Made by a program: the position numbers and the translations under genes
DNA from: Pelagomonas calceolata
Lineage: Eukaryota
Direction of reading: 5' to 3'
Length of the DNA: 64,000 nucleotides
Assembly (NCBI GenBank): GCA_918797485.1
Contig: CAKKNE010000006.1
Span: 1,240,001-1,304,000 of the forward strand
Notes under the pieces: generated by a model
The model's input: the letters and a program-made list of their open reading frames with translations, nothing else
Databases searched by the model: none
Told to the model about the DNA's origin: nothing
In this document: positions 40,212-51,253 of the stretch, in pieces
Numbering within the stretch: position 1 is the stretch's first letter
How the letters are laid out: each line of letters starts with the position of its first letter

Positions 40212-42126
40212 CTAGGGCTCGAGGTTCAGCGCGACGCCCGCCCACTCGGCCGCGAGCCGCGCCCTTTCTACGGTCTGCGCCGCCTGGTCGTCGGCTAATT
40301 GTCGTTCTAGATCTGATAAACGAGCCACGCGGTCCTCCAGCCGATCCAAGCGCGCTGCCACTAAAGCGTCCAAAGCCGCCTTGCCGTCGTCGACCACCAC
40401 CGGCACAGGCGGTTTCAATACCGGCTCGGACTTGGCGATCTCCTTCACGTTCGCAGGATCTAGATCGACGAACTTCGCGCAGCACTGGATCGGCGTGACG
40501 ACGCCGCCCTCGGATTGGGACACGTCCGAGGCGCACGTCTGCCAGTCGCTGCCGACCGACGCCGACGCCACCAACGCTTTGAGGCGCCCCGGCGTCCACA
40601 AATCTTCATTCTCGGAAGGCGGCGGCTCGACGGGCGCGGGCTGCCGCGGCCTTCTCCGACGGTCGGGCGGCACCGCGGCGTTGACCGCGCCGATCGCATC
40701 CAGATAGCTCCACAGCCGTAACGCCGCCGCCGCGTCGACGGACAACCGCTGGCGGCAGATCGTGGCGGTCAGGAACTGGTCCGGCGCCGACCGTTTGGAG
40801 AGAGACACCATCCAGGCTTTTGCTGCTAAAAACGCGGCCGGCGTCTTTGAGCTGTCTCCACAAAACCATTCCGGGCACGCTGCTCTGTCTAATCTGGTAG
40901 AAGACCGGAACGCCTCCCCGTCGAGGACGACAGACGATGATGGAGGCGCCGGCGCTTGTGGTGTTGCCGCCGGTGCAGCGGGAATGTCGCGCGGCCGGTC
41001 CGCGCCGACCCTCAGGCCCGCGTTCGTGATGTCGACGCGCGCGTTCGATCCCCCTGAAGGCCGCGCCGCCTCGTGCGCCTTGACGCGGAACTTGCGGCGC
41101 GGCGGCGGCTGGTCCTCGCGCTTCTTGCGTTTCCGAGACTTCTTCGGCTCCGGTTTGATCGGCTCGGGCTCGTCCTCCTGCGTTGAATGACTCTGACGGT
41201 CGCGTCGATGGCGTCGCGGCGGCGTGGAGTCGCTTCGACTCTCTCGCGCAACGCGTGGACTCTCGCGTGCTCACGACGACGGCGTCGCCGCGACCGCGGT
41301 CTCTCAAACGGCTCAAAATCGAAAAAGAGACCACCCACGTCCATCATTCCCGGAGACGATTCATGAAGATGGCGTAAGACGCGGAAACACGCACCTCCTC
41401 CTCCTCCACATAATCTCTTTCGTCGCCGAACTCGTTATATACTTTCGCGTCTCGCAAAAAGCGGCAGCAGACGCGCCAGGGCTGCCCTCCCTGGGTTAGT
41501 GGCGGTCTTGCCCAGGCGTCCACGTCCTTGAGAGGCGGCGGCGCGCCCTCGACGCGCTCCAACGGGATCCATTCGTCACTCGAATCGGGCCGGTACCACC
41601 AGTGCACCAGCGCTAGATGTCGCGCGTCATCCACTACTAGTGTCCTCAGATACTCGGACTCGTCCACAATCGCATCCACCGCCGGATTGAAAAATACAAT
41701 ATGTGTTGCGGACGCTTCCTCGTTTACTACCGTACAATTCATGTCTCGCGCTATCGTCGTCAATTCCCTCCTATTCCGCGCGTCGACCGTCGTGTCGAAG
41801 CAGATGCGCTTCTCCTGGGTTAAGCCCGCTTGCAGCCAGGCCTTTTCTACACATTGTAGGGCTTCCTCGTTTACGTTTTTTCGTTGATTCGCGTCCAAGG
41901 CTATCAAAGCGGTTTCTAACCCACCATCCGCCGACGCGTCCCTTAAGAGTCGCGCGGGGAGCTTCGGCTTTGTTGATCTACTAGCGTTTGTTGTGGCGAG
42001 CGCTTCGCACAACGCGGCCAGGCGCTCGACGGGCTCGCCTAATCTTTTAGCGAGGCCCTTGGCCCGCTGCCGGAACTCGGCTCCACTATACTGGCAGGCG
42101 GGCTTACCGAGGCCGGCCTGCGACAT
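40212..42126 (-). CDS. SMARCC: SWI/SNF subunit SMARCC/SWI3 (N-terminal BRCT/chromo module, SWIRM, SANT, coiled coil); 2 exons (42126-41395, 41177-40212)
   Basis: ASATHIV (BRCT) and LVHWWYRPDSSDEWI (chromo). After the intron, PEWFCGDSSKTPAAF...FLTATICRQRL...LWSYLDAIGAVN is SWIRM, and WT...W...TP.QC..KF is SANT. Confidence 0.85.
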
Positions 42127-42611
42127 CTGTCCTGCGCGTCGGCGGCGTGTGCCGGTGTGCTGGTTGTGCGTGCTGGGTTACGTCGGCTTCGGCGGCGTCG
42201 TACGCTTCGGCGATGCGAAGGGCTCGGTGGCACGCGTCGGCGGCGTCACAAGTGCTGGTGTGCTTACTGGTTACGTTGGTGCGCGCGTCGGCGGCGTGAG
42301 GTATCAGCGATTCGTGTCGCTCGGTAGACTGTCGAGCTGGCAGCTTCCGCACTGCGCCAGTGTGCTGTGAAAGCCGAGCACGAGCTCTCTCTGCCTTGAC
42401 TTTCTAGTGTCTTATTGCCGCTAGCTACACGAGCTAAACTTTTGGCCTTTTGCGAGCTAATGCTGATTATCAATACGCAAACGGCGTTCAGCACATCTCA
42501 CAGTCGTAGCGCACCCCTGCCCAGCTTCTTGCAGCGGTCGCGAATCGCTCAGCTTGACCACTGCAGCTGCAAAGCTAGAACGTAGCACGCATGGCCAAAC
42601 ACATAACCCTG

Positions 42612-43229
42612 ATGCTGCGGGCGCTGCTCGCAGCACTGGCCGGATCCCTGCGGCAGCCTGCGCGCCGCGCAATGGCGTCACGCCGCGCACTGCTCGCCGG
42701 CGCGCCCGCGCTTGTCGTCCCCGGCGCGGCGCTTGCGGACCCGTCGCTCCTCTCGACGGTGCAGGGCCCGCTGCAGGACGCCATCGCGCCGGGCCACTGG
42801 CTCGGCCAGTTCGTCGGGCTGAACAGCCGGACGGAGCGGTGGGAGTTCGCCGGGAGCCCCGCGGAGGTGTCCGCCGCGCTCGTCGCGGTCCTGGACGAGC
42901 TCACGCCGGAGCGGCGCGCGAAGCTGCTCATCCCCGAGTTCCGCGTGGCGCGGGCCGACGCCGGCGGCGTCCACGTCCTCACGTGGACGAAGGCCGAGTG
43001 GCTCGACAGCCTCGACGTGCGGCTCGAGCCCCGCCGCGCCGGCACCGCGGCCACGGCGAGCTTCTACGCGACGGGGTTCTTCCCCACGTCCCTGCCGCTC
43101 GCGCCGCTCCTGAACGTCGGGATGGCCTGGCTCCCCTTCGCGTCGCCGGGCCCCCGCAACGAGATGCTCCAGGCGTTCCGGCTGCGCGCGCTGAAGGGGC
43201 TCCTCGACAAGAAGCTCGCGAATGTGTAA
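42612..43229 (+). CDS. Putative thylakoid-lumen (TAT) protein of unknown function
   Basis: Signal peptide, SRRALL twin-Arg, a hydrophobic stretch and an ALA cleavage site. Confidence 0.65.
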   Translation: MLRALLAALAGSLRQPARRAMASRRALLAGAPALVVPGAALADPSLLSTVQGPLQDAIAPGHWLGQFVGLNSRTERWEFAGSPAEVSAALVAVLDELTPERRAKLLIPEFRVARADAGGVHVLTWTKAEWLDSLDVRLEPRRAGTAATASFYATGFFPTSLPLAPLLNVGMAWLPFASPGPRNEMLQAFRLRALKGLLDKKLANV

Positions 43230-43299
43230 CTGACTGAATGTAATAGATATTCAAGACCTTTAGTGCACAGGAGGGAACGGACGGGAGAACAGAGACGGA

Positions 43300-43909
43300 C
43301 TAGACCTTGTCGGCCGCGGGCTTGACGTCGGACTCCTCGCCGACGACGCTCGCGTAGCCCAAGGCCGGCGTCGCGGCCTCGGCGAGCTGGATCCAGTGCG
43401 AGCGGGCCCACGACGGCCGCGTACGCCGTCAGGATCAACGCGACAAATCCGGTCCCGTCAAACAGACCGAAGACGCACAGCACCGCCAGCGCCGTCGTGA
43501 AGACGTAGACGCGGCGCGCGGCGCTCACAGACCCGTCGGCGGCCTTGAGCGCGAGGCAGCCGTACACGAGGAAGACGAGCGCCGTGAGCAGGAGGAACAG
43601 GACGCCGTACGACGCGGCGAAGGCGATCGCGTCTCTTGTTTTGTTGAGGAAGTCTTGCGCGCAGACCTCGTCGGCGATGCACTCGTCCGTGTAGATGAAG
43701 CCGCCCCACGAGAACGCGCCGACGACCGGGTCGTATAAATTTTCGAAGCGGGGCTCGAGGGCCTGAGCAATGAGCAGAGCGACGGCGAACGTGAACGCGC
43801 CGGCGGCTTTCGAGAGGTAGACGCAGCCGATGCAGGCGACGCCGACGCTGTGCTTCAGGCCGAGGAACTTCTCGACGTAGAAGCGGCCGCGAGGAGGAGG
43901 GGGCGTCAT
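43300..43909 (-). CDS. Small 4-TM membrane protein with an apparent +1 frameshift near 43408
   Basis: Four hydrophobic helices from the ATG at 43909. Deleting one base in the C run at 43407-43409 gives ...VVARSHWIQLAE...DKV* instead of read-through into the neighbouring gene. Confidence 0.55.
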
Positions 43910-44059
43910 ATTATGACTGGTGGTAGTTTTTGTGCCCGCGCGTCGCGTGGTTTGCAGGGAGAGTTTCGTCTGGGCCCAGAGAGCCTGAGGCTGAGGGAGA
44001 GTTTCGTCTGGACGCGCGACGGCTCCACGGCAAGGCAAAGTAAGACACTAGAAAAGAAG

Positions 44060-47000
44060 TTAAACGAAGAGCCGATCTAAAGCATCCGCGTGGTCGCCGC
44101 GGAGCCGCTTCGCCTCGCGCGCCGCCGCCGCGTCCAGGTCCCCATGCGTCACGTTGCCGCCGCGCGCCGCGGCCCGCGCGGCGCCGTCGAGCACGGCCCG
44201 TCCGATGGAGGCGGGAAGCAGCTCGTGGCGTCTTCCCAATACATTGAGATCGACGTCGGCATCCAGAGGCACGCTTGATGGTAACGCGCGCCGCCAGACC
44301 GCCGCTCTGAGTTTGGCATCGGGAGCTCCGATGGGCATCGAGAAGCGCAGCCGTCTCGTGAGTTGCGGCGCCAGACGCACCCCTCTGACGTCCTCGATGT
44401 GCGCCACCAATAGTACAGGTCCCGGGAAGCGCGCGAGTCTATCTAGAGCGCGAGCTAGACCCGGCGCGCAGTCCAAAACACCGGAGTCGGACGGCACGAC
44501 TAACGCATGTTCGAACCCGTCCAACACGGGCACGGCATCCGACAAGCGCGCGTCGTCGAGCGCCGCCTGGAGCCGCTGCTCCGTCTTCTTCGCGTCGTCG
44601 CAGAGCGCGTCCCTCGCGTCCACATCATACGTCCGTCGCCCGAGCGCTTTCGCTAGGGCGTGGCCGCACGTCCGCTTGCCGGCGCCGCGCGGACCGTATA
44701 ACAAACAGATCGTGGCACTCGGCGCCTTGTGGTCCGCGAAGCCCCAGCGCCCGTAGACGATGCCGCGCTGCTGCTCGAAGACCACTAAATGCTCGAATTC
44801 TCTCCTACATTCCGGCCGCAACGCGAGCGTCGTGAAGGACGCGTCGGAGTCATCCTCCTCATCTTTTTTACCTAGCAAGGCGTGGTGCTTGTGCATGGCT
44901 CCTCTTTGCTGTAAAGCACAACCCCTTCGAACGTCTTGCTCGCTGACAATTGGTGTAGATTTGCTCCGCGCCAGGGCGAACAACACCGCAGCTAGGAGCG
45001 CGTTCTTGATAAAACCTCCAGACAGCTCATATTTCAGCGCGACGGCGTCCCAATCTACTGACTCGTCAGTAACTACTTTCCCCTTCGCCACCAGACCCTC
45101 CCAGATTGCTTTTCTCTCGGACGCGCCCGGGGGCGCATATTCTACCACAGTACTAATACGCCGGTGCATCGCCTCATCTAGCTCCGCCGGTCGATTCGTC
45201 GCCAGAAACACGAGACCCTTGCACTTCTCGATCTCCTGGAGCATCGCCCGCAACAATCGGTCCGCGCCGCCGTGGTCCCTCGTGCGGAACAACGCCTCGC
45301 ATTCATCAAAAAATAACACCGCATCGGACATCTCCGCCTCGCGAAATAGGCCTCTCAGATCCGCATCCACATCATCCCCCCCTTGGTGGTGCTTGCCTCG
45401 CAACGACGCGAAGTCGACTTGCAAGACGCGTTTTTTCAGTTCTCTTGCTACACCTGCGTGGCGAACGACGGTCGTCGGAGGCGCGTCGCGTCGATGGCGT
45501 GCGAAGGACGCCGCGCCAATACCGTGCACGGTCATCGTCTTGCCCGTTCCCGAGGGACCGCACAGGAGCACCACAAAACCATTACCGTAGGGCACTGCCC
45601 GGTCGAACAGGCCCGTCCGCTTCGCGTGGTCCGCCAGGTCAAAAAACGCCGCGCACAGCTCCACGAGTTGTGATTTCTGTTTTCTCGGCAGAACGACGTC
45701 TTCGAGATGAGTCGTGGGGGCATACAGTTCCGAACCTTCCACTAGCTCATCGATCTCCGTATCTAAGCCTACGACGAAGTCCAGGACTCGTCGGTCTAGT
45801 TCTACTCGTTGTTCCGTTAGGTCCGCCGAGCCCGACGAGTGCCACCTCGACCTTTGGAGTCGTACTACTCCTCGTCTCACAAGCGTAGCGCCCTTGTAGA
45901 ACCGTCTCCGATGCGAGACTTGGTCGGCGAAGCCCTCCGGACAGAATATTGATAACAAAGCGCCGACCGTCGTGCTATCGTCCAACCTTTGAACAGCGGA
46001 CCCGGACTCCATCCCATCCATGAGACTTTTGACGGCCGGCGAGATAGTTCTACCTACTAACAAAGCCACTACCTTCGTCTCCCACTCATCTAAACCTAGT
46101 TTCGTCGCGAGCTGCAGCAACCGCGGTTTTGTGGAGACAGAACATCGTCGAGACACTTTGGTCTGGGCCACCCTCAGCTTAGCCTTCAGTTCTCTAGCCC
46201 CAGCCTTATTGCCTTCTTCCTGGGCGTACCACGTTCGAGTGGTCCCGGACTGCTCCTTGATATTACTCTTGATGGTGGCCGAGGCGAGCCGCACGTGCAG
46301 CGCGACGACCTCGAATAACTCCGACAGGTACTCCAGCTCATTGTCGGACGCGTAGGGCTTCACTTCGTCGTCCTCCGGCGGCGACGGCGCCCGAGAGACG
46401 GGCGACGTCGCGGCCGCCTTGAGGACGTCCGCCAGAGTATCATCTGTTGAAGACGGCGTCTTGACCGGGGGCTTCTGTTTTGCGGACGGCGTGTCGAGGA
46501 CGTCCATGGCGGCCCCTTCCTCCCGCAAAATAACCTCCAGCTTACTGCCAGACGTCTTCAATAATTCGTCTGGAGGTAGTGTTTCACCTAGTAAAACTCG
46601 AGCCGTCACGCGCGCCACGCGCAGGGGTGGTATGCCACCGGGCGACAAGTAAGCGTCCGCGTCGTCGGACACGAAGACGACGTTTTCCTTCACGTAGAGC
46701 CGTTCCGCGTCGGCAAACGCCTCGACCTCCAGCTCACTACAGGCCGCGAGGCGGCAGAGCAGGTTCGCCCGCCGCGCGTGGTCGTCCTCGATGAGCGTGC
46801 ATCGTACGGCGTCCGTCTGGCAGGCCGCCATGACGCAGAGGCACGTGAAGAGCCGGTCGTCGCGGCCGTTCGGTTCCAGCTCGTAGGCTCTCGCTAGTCG
46901 ATACAAGCGGGGCTTGCGCTCCGTCTGTTCTAGTCTTGAATCGCGCCAGGCGCTACACGACGTCAAGAAGGCGTCGACGACCTCGAGGCGGCGCTGCAGG

Positions 47001-47401
47001 CCGTCCCTATCTTCCCTCCGCGAGATCTTCAGGCCGTCGCTGGTGCGACTTCCCCCCCAGCCCGTTCCTTCCTTGGTATCTATTTTGACGATGTCCACTC
47101 GACAAGAGGAGTCGTGGAGCGTCGCCGCCAGCGTGACGCGTAACGCTCGCAGGTAGACTAGCAACTCAAGATGTTTCAAGTACGCGCGCTCGCTCCCATA
47201 AGAATGGGGCGCCTGCGGCACGAGCTCCTCGCGGAACTCGGCGAGGTTCGCCCAGAGCGCGGGCGCCTCCTTTTCTAATCGTTGGGACGCGTCGCGCATC
47301 GCGTCGGCGGCTTGGCCATTTTGCGGCGCGGCGGCGGGCGCGCGCGCGCGCTTGCGGGGCGCGGGCGATGTTGTTGACGTGGCTCGCTTCGAGCCCGCCA
47401 T
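44060..47401 (-). CDS. Large double-AAA+ ATPase with a winged-helix-like pre-domain; probable in-frame 69-nt intron 45454-45522
   Basis: GPSGTGKT, LFFDECE, ATNRP..LDEAMHRR and LSGGFIKNA; a second, degenerate module has GPRGAGKR/VLDGFE. Confidence 0.85.
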   Translation of the reverse strand: MAGSKRATSTTSPAPRKRARAPAAAPQNGQAADAMRDASQRLEKEAPALWANLAEFREELVPQAPHSYGSERAYLKHLELLVYLRALRVTLAATLHDSSCRVDIVKIDTKEGTGWGGSRTSDGLKISRREDRDGLQRRLEVVDAFLTSCSAWRDSRLEQTERKPRLYRLARAYELEPNGRDDRLFTCLCVMAACQTDAVRCTLIEDDHARRANLLCRLAACSELEVEAFADAERLYVKENVVFVSDDADAYLSPGGIPPLRVARVTARVLLGETLPPDELLKTSGSKLEVILREEGAAMDVLDTPSAKQKPPVKTPSSTDDTLADVLKAAATSPVSRAPSPPEDDEVKPYASDNELEYLSELFEVVALHVRLASATIKSNIKEQSGTTRTWYAQEEGNKAGARELKAKLRVAQTKVSRRCSVSTKPRLLQLATKLGLDEWETKVVALLVGRTISPAVKSLMDGMESGSAVQRLDDSTTVGALLSIFCPEGFADQVSHRRRFYKGATLVRRGVVRLQRSRWHSSGSADLTEQRVELDRRVLDFVVGLDTEIDELVEGSELYAPTTHLEDVVLPRKQKSQLVELCAAFFDLADHAKRTGLFDRAVPYGNGFVVLLCGPSGTGKTMTVHGIGAASFARHRRDAPPTTVVRHAGVARELKKRVLQVDFASLRGKHHQGGDDVDADLRGLFREAEMSDAVLFFDECEALFRTRDHGGADRLLRAMLQEIEKCKGLVFLATNRPAELDEAMHRRISTVVEYAPPGASERKAIWEGLVAKGKVVTDESVDWDAVALKYELSGGFIKNALLAAVLFALARSKSTPIVSEQDVRRGCALQQRGAMHKHHALLGKKDEEDDSDASFTTLALRPECRREFEHLVVFEQQRGIVYGRWGFADHKAPSATICLLYGPRGAGKRTCGHALAKALGRRTYDVDARDALCDDAKKTEQRLQAALDDARLSDAVPVLDGFEHALVVPSDSGVLDCAPGLARALDRLARFPGPVLLVAHIEDVRGVRLAPQLTRRLRFSMPIGAPDAKLRAAVWRRALPSSVPLDADVDLNVLGRRHELLPASIGRAVLDGAARAAARGGNVTHGDLDAAAAREAKRLRGDHADALDRLFV

Positions 47402-47849
47402 GGTGCGACGACCGATGCAAATGACTTGGGGCTCTCAGAGACTCTTTTGCTTTTCTCTGCGCGGACAGCAAGTGCGCAGGCGTTCACACTGCAGCTGGGG
47501 TGTCCCTGGGCGCGTGTAGCGTGTCGTCTTGCACCGATGCTCGCCAGCGCGGCGTGTTTTGACTGTCTGCTTTTGTCTTTGCTAGTGTCTTACTGTCGCT
47601 AGCATCACTGGCGGCTGAAGCTCAGTAAAGCGGTTCTGCGGCGAACGATGCGTAAAACGCCGTAATCGCAAAGGCACAGCATCGCTGCAGTGCTGCGCCA
47701 CGCTGCTGCATGGCTATACAGAGGTAGCAGAGATCACGAGGCATGTAAAGCAAACCAGCTTTACGCCGCCGCCGCGAACGCCCAGACCAGTGCAGCAGCA
47801 GCTCTCCCAGACGCAAAAATAAAACGCGCAGCGCACAAAGCCAGCAGCC

Positions 47850-49113
47850 ATGCAAACCACCAAGCGCCGCCGCCGCCGCCGCCGCCGCCGCGCGAGCCCG
47901 GCGCGCTGCCTCGTAGGCTGCTTATGCATTGCCATCCTCCTGTCGATCTACACGGCGCTCTGGGCGACGAGCGACGTCGAGACGGACGACGCGCAGCCGC
48001 GCCTGCGAGGCGTAAACCGAGACCGCATGGCCTTCCTGTTCCTCGTGCGCGACCAGATCCCCACAGCACCAATCTGGAAGGCCTTCTTCGACGACGCCGA
48101 CGAACAAGGCGCCCGGGGCCTCTACAAAATCTACACGCACCCGCGGCCGGGATTCGCATACGCGCCCTCGTCGCTATTTTACGGGACGGAGGTTACAAAT
48201 CGGACGCGCGTCAAGTGGGGCGCCGTCACGGTCGCGCGCGCGGAGATGAGACTCATCGTATCAGCATTACGAGACCCGCGGACGCAGCGGTCCATTTTGA
48301 TGAGCGAGGCCGGCGTGCCACTGCACCCGTTCTGGTGCCTGCACACGTACCTCTTTTCGACAGAGAGGTCCTTCGTGGCGTCGTGGCGCACCGACGAGCG
48401 ACGAAAAGTGTTGTACGACTTTGGTGTGGAAGATGACCTCTACAGGAAAAGGTGGCGCAAGGGCCACCAGTGGGTCGCCCTGACGCGGAAGCACATGGCG
48501 TTGCTGGACGCGGCCCAGTACGAAACATTTAGGAAGGCCCATGCGATGTCGTCGCGCGCGGCGGACTTTCGGCGCGAGTGGCGCGGGCCTGCAAAAGAAG
48601 CCGACGACACGCACCACTGTTTTGCTGATGAGCACTTCGCGGCGACGACGTTGGCCGTCCACGGCGTCGAGGGCGAGTTGGTTCCTGTTCGCTGCGGCGT
48701 CCCTTCGACCTTCACGCCATCGACGCGTGCGAACGCAGGCCTCGCCGACCTACATCTCCTTCGGCGCCTACCGTCGCGAAGGACGACGGCTCCTCGCTCC
48801 TTTGGACATCACGCAGCCCATGAAGCGCGACTGGCGCGCGACGACGTACAAGCCCGCGGACGTCACGCGCGAATTATTGGATGTGGCGCGGGGCCGGTGC
48901 CGCTTTTCGACCGATCCAGCGCCGCTCGCCGACGCGGACTCGACGATACGAACGCCCCTATCAAAAGTCACGGCGTGGGCCGCCTCGGAGAGAGACGCGC
49001 GGCGCGAGTGCCGCTTTCTTCATGAAGACGCGCCGTGCTACCTCATGATGAGAAAAATACCAAAGGAGACCGTGCCGAGGTACCTCGAATCATATAAGAA
49101 CAACTTATCGTAA
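47850..49113 (+). CDS. Core-2/I-branching (GT14-like) glycosyltransferase; intron about 48687-48738
   Basis: Type II anchor; MAFLFL, IYTH, VKWG, SEAGVPL, KGHQWVALTRKH and DEHFAAT; the spliced tail is SPTYISF...YLMMRKI. Confidence 0.85.
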
Positions 49114-49692
49114 CTTAGATTGTATCGGCGGACAGCACCCAAGCATCGTGCCGTCATCCGTCGGGCAGCAGTCGCCGCCCGTCAATCCGATGGCTCTACA
49201 GGCCGTGTTCTTGGCGCAGGAGGCGGCGACGGCGTGGGGGGCGCGCACCGTGTTGTTTGATGATTTGCAGCACCCTAGGTAATTTCCGGAAGTGTCCGGG
49301 CAACATGCGCCCTGCAGTTTGAGAGCGGCACAGGCCGAGTTGTCGTCGCAGGCGCCCCGCCTCGTTGTGGTCACGGTAGCCACATTTAACGGATCGTGGC
49401 AGCACGATTGTGATTGACCATGAGCGTCCGGGCAGCAGTCTCCGACCAGACCCATCCCCACACACGCGGTGTTGTCCACACATCTAATCGCGCCGCCGTG
49501 CACGCTGTTAATGGCCTTCGGGTTCGGCACGGACACGAACACGACGCCGCACAACAATACTGCTCCAATAAGTAGTCCTGCGCCGAGCCAGCGCTTGCTC
49601 GCGTGCGGACTCCTCCCGTGCAGGACCTCGATGTCCTCGGCGCCGCTCGCGCCGCGCCAGGTGTCTTGGCTATCGTTTCGCGTTCGGTCCAT
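49105..49692 (-). CDS. Type II membrane protein with three Cys-rich repeats (C..N.AC..L.L.G.CCP...G....CC)
   Basis: Single TM helix followed by three 6-Cys units; its 3' end overlaps the convergent gene by 9 bp. Confidence 0.75.
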   Translation of the reverse strand: MDRTRNDSQDTWRGASGAEDIEVLHGRSPHASKRWLGAGLLIGAVLLCGVVFVSVPNPKAINSVHGGAIRCVDNTACVGMGLVGDCCPDAHGQSQSCCHDPLNVATVTTTRRGACDDNSACAALKLQGACCPDTSGNYLGCCKSSNNTVRAPHAVAASCAKNTACRAIGLTGGDCCPTDDGTMLGCCPPIQSKLR

Positions 49693-50220
49693 TTCTCTTG
49701 TTGTTTGTTGTTATTTGTTTTTGGCGCGCTCGGCGTCTGCAGATGCGAGTGCAGCTGAGGCTGGCGTCTGAACAGCGCCTGGGGCGGCGTTTCGTGCGAA
49801 ACCTGTGCTCCGGTGGCCTCGCGTCAATGAGATCTGGCTCTGCACAGTACGCAGAGAGCCGGCGTGACCTGCTTGCTGCGTTTACAGCCGCGAAGCATCA
49901 AATTAAGCTAAAGAGCTAGCGGGCTGTAAGGCACTAGCGTACACGGCCGCTATCGAATTTCCTCAACCACTCATCTTCAAGTTTCTTTAAGAGCATGTTA
50001 TACGACGAAAAGAAAGCTGCGCTAGTCTGCTGCCTATTTTTTGCATGCCCAAACTTTGATAGCAATATACAGGTTAACGGTACGGGGCACGCTCGAGTCG
50101 GCAAGCTGACGCGCGAAAACACTCGCGACGGGTGTGCCTCACGCGCCTTGCAACGAAAAGCCTGGTTCTCTTGACACGTAATTAGGCCGACAAAAAGTTG
50201 CCGGGCATTGGACACCAAAA

Positions 50221-51205
50221 ATGCGCCACGCGACGCTCCTCGCGTTAGCGGTCGCCGCGGAAGCGACACTCAACGTAACCCTCACGAACAATTTAGTCGG
50301 CGTGACCACGGTGCGCGTGAATGGCGCCGGCCTCCGCGTCGAGGCGACCCTGACCGCGGACGCCACTCTATTTCACGCCCGCTACCGTGAGGTCCACATC
50401 GCGGACGGCAGAACAACCATCACGCGGCGAACCCCGCGCCCGCACCACGCCGGGACCGCTTCTGGTGAAGCGGACGGCGAATTTTTTGCGGACGGCCGCG
50501 CGACCGCGACCATAGAACAAGGCCGCGTGAAATCGTTAGTGGTACGATTACCAGGAAAGCATGTTGAAATTCACGAAGAAGATGGCACCTACGAACGCGT
50601 GCACGCTCCCTCCAATGATTACGTCTGGGCCGAACCGAAGACCTTTTCGGCCTGGCCTGGACGGGGGGCATGTGCGACGCCCTTGGGAGGTCTTCGGCCG
50701 TAGAACAGTCGGCCTTCTCCTCAAAAGCCTTTGTTGGGACCATCGTGGCCCACGAGCTCGGCCATAACTTAGGGATGCCCCACGACGCCGGAGGGAAATA
50801 TTTGATGGCTCCCAGGAGTTGGAAAGGGCTCGAGTGGCCTCTCTGAACGAGGCGCAGCGCCAGGCGACGGGCACGTCGTTCTCGCGGCGCGAGATCCAGG
50901 AGCTCGAGGCGGCTAGAAGGGCGTCCCTGGCCGCGGACGCCGACCGCCAGCGGCGCTACGCGCAACGGCGCGAGGCCGCGCGCCGCCGGGAAAGGGATGA
51001 CACGGCGGCCGCGCTGGCGCTGTCACGCGTCACGTCCGGCCAGTCGACGTCGCGGTCGGTGCGCCGCCCGCCCCCCTACTCCGCCGCCGCGCCGCCGCCG
51101 CCGCCGCCGCCGCCGCCGAACCCGTTCCGGGCGACGCCATCATCATCACGCGGGGAGTCGTCGTATGCCCGGCGCGAGCGGTTGTCGCGGCAGATGGACT
51201 TGTAG
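50221..51205 (+). pseudogene. Disrupted reprolysin/ADAM-like (M12B) metallopeptidase
   Basis: A signal + prodomain-like ORF spans 50221-50703. A different frame (50619-50847) encodes FGLAWTGGMC...VAHELGHNLGMPHD...YLMAP, and a third frame carries a tail to 51205. Confidence 0.75.
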
Positions 51206-51253
51206 GCTCCGACCACTCTTCTTTCCTTCCCCACGTTCTAATATTAACAACAA

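Noticed and set aside
43956..44011. 18-bp direct repeat AGGGAGAGTTTCGTCTGG
   Set aside because: There are only two copies and none elsewhere in the window, so no function can be supported.
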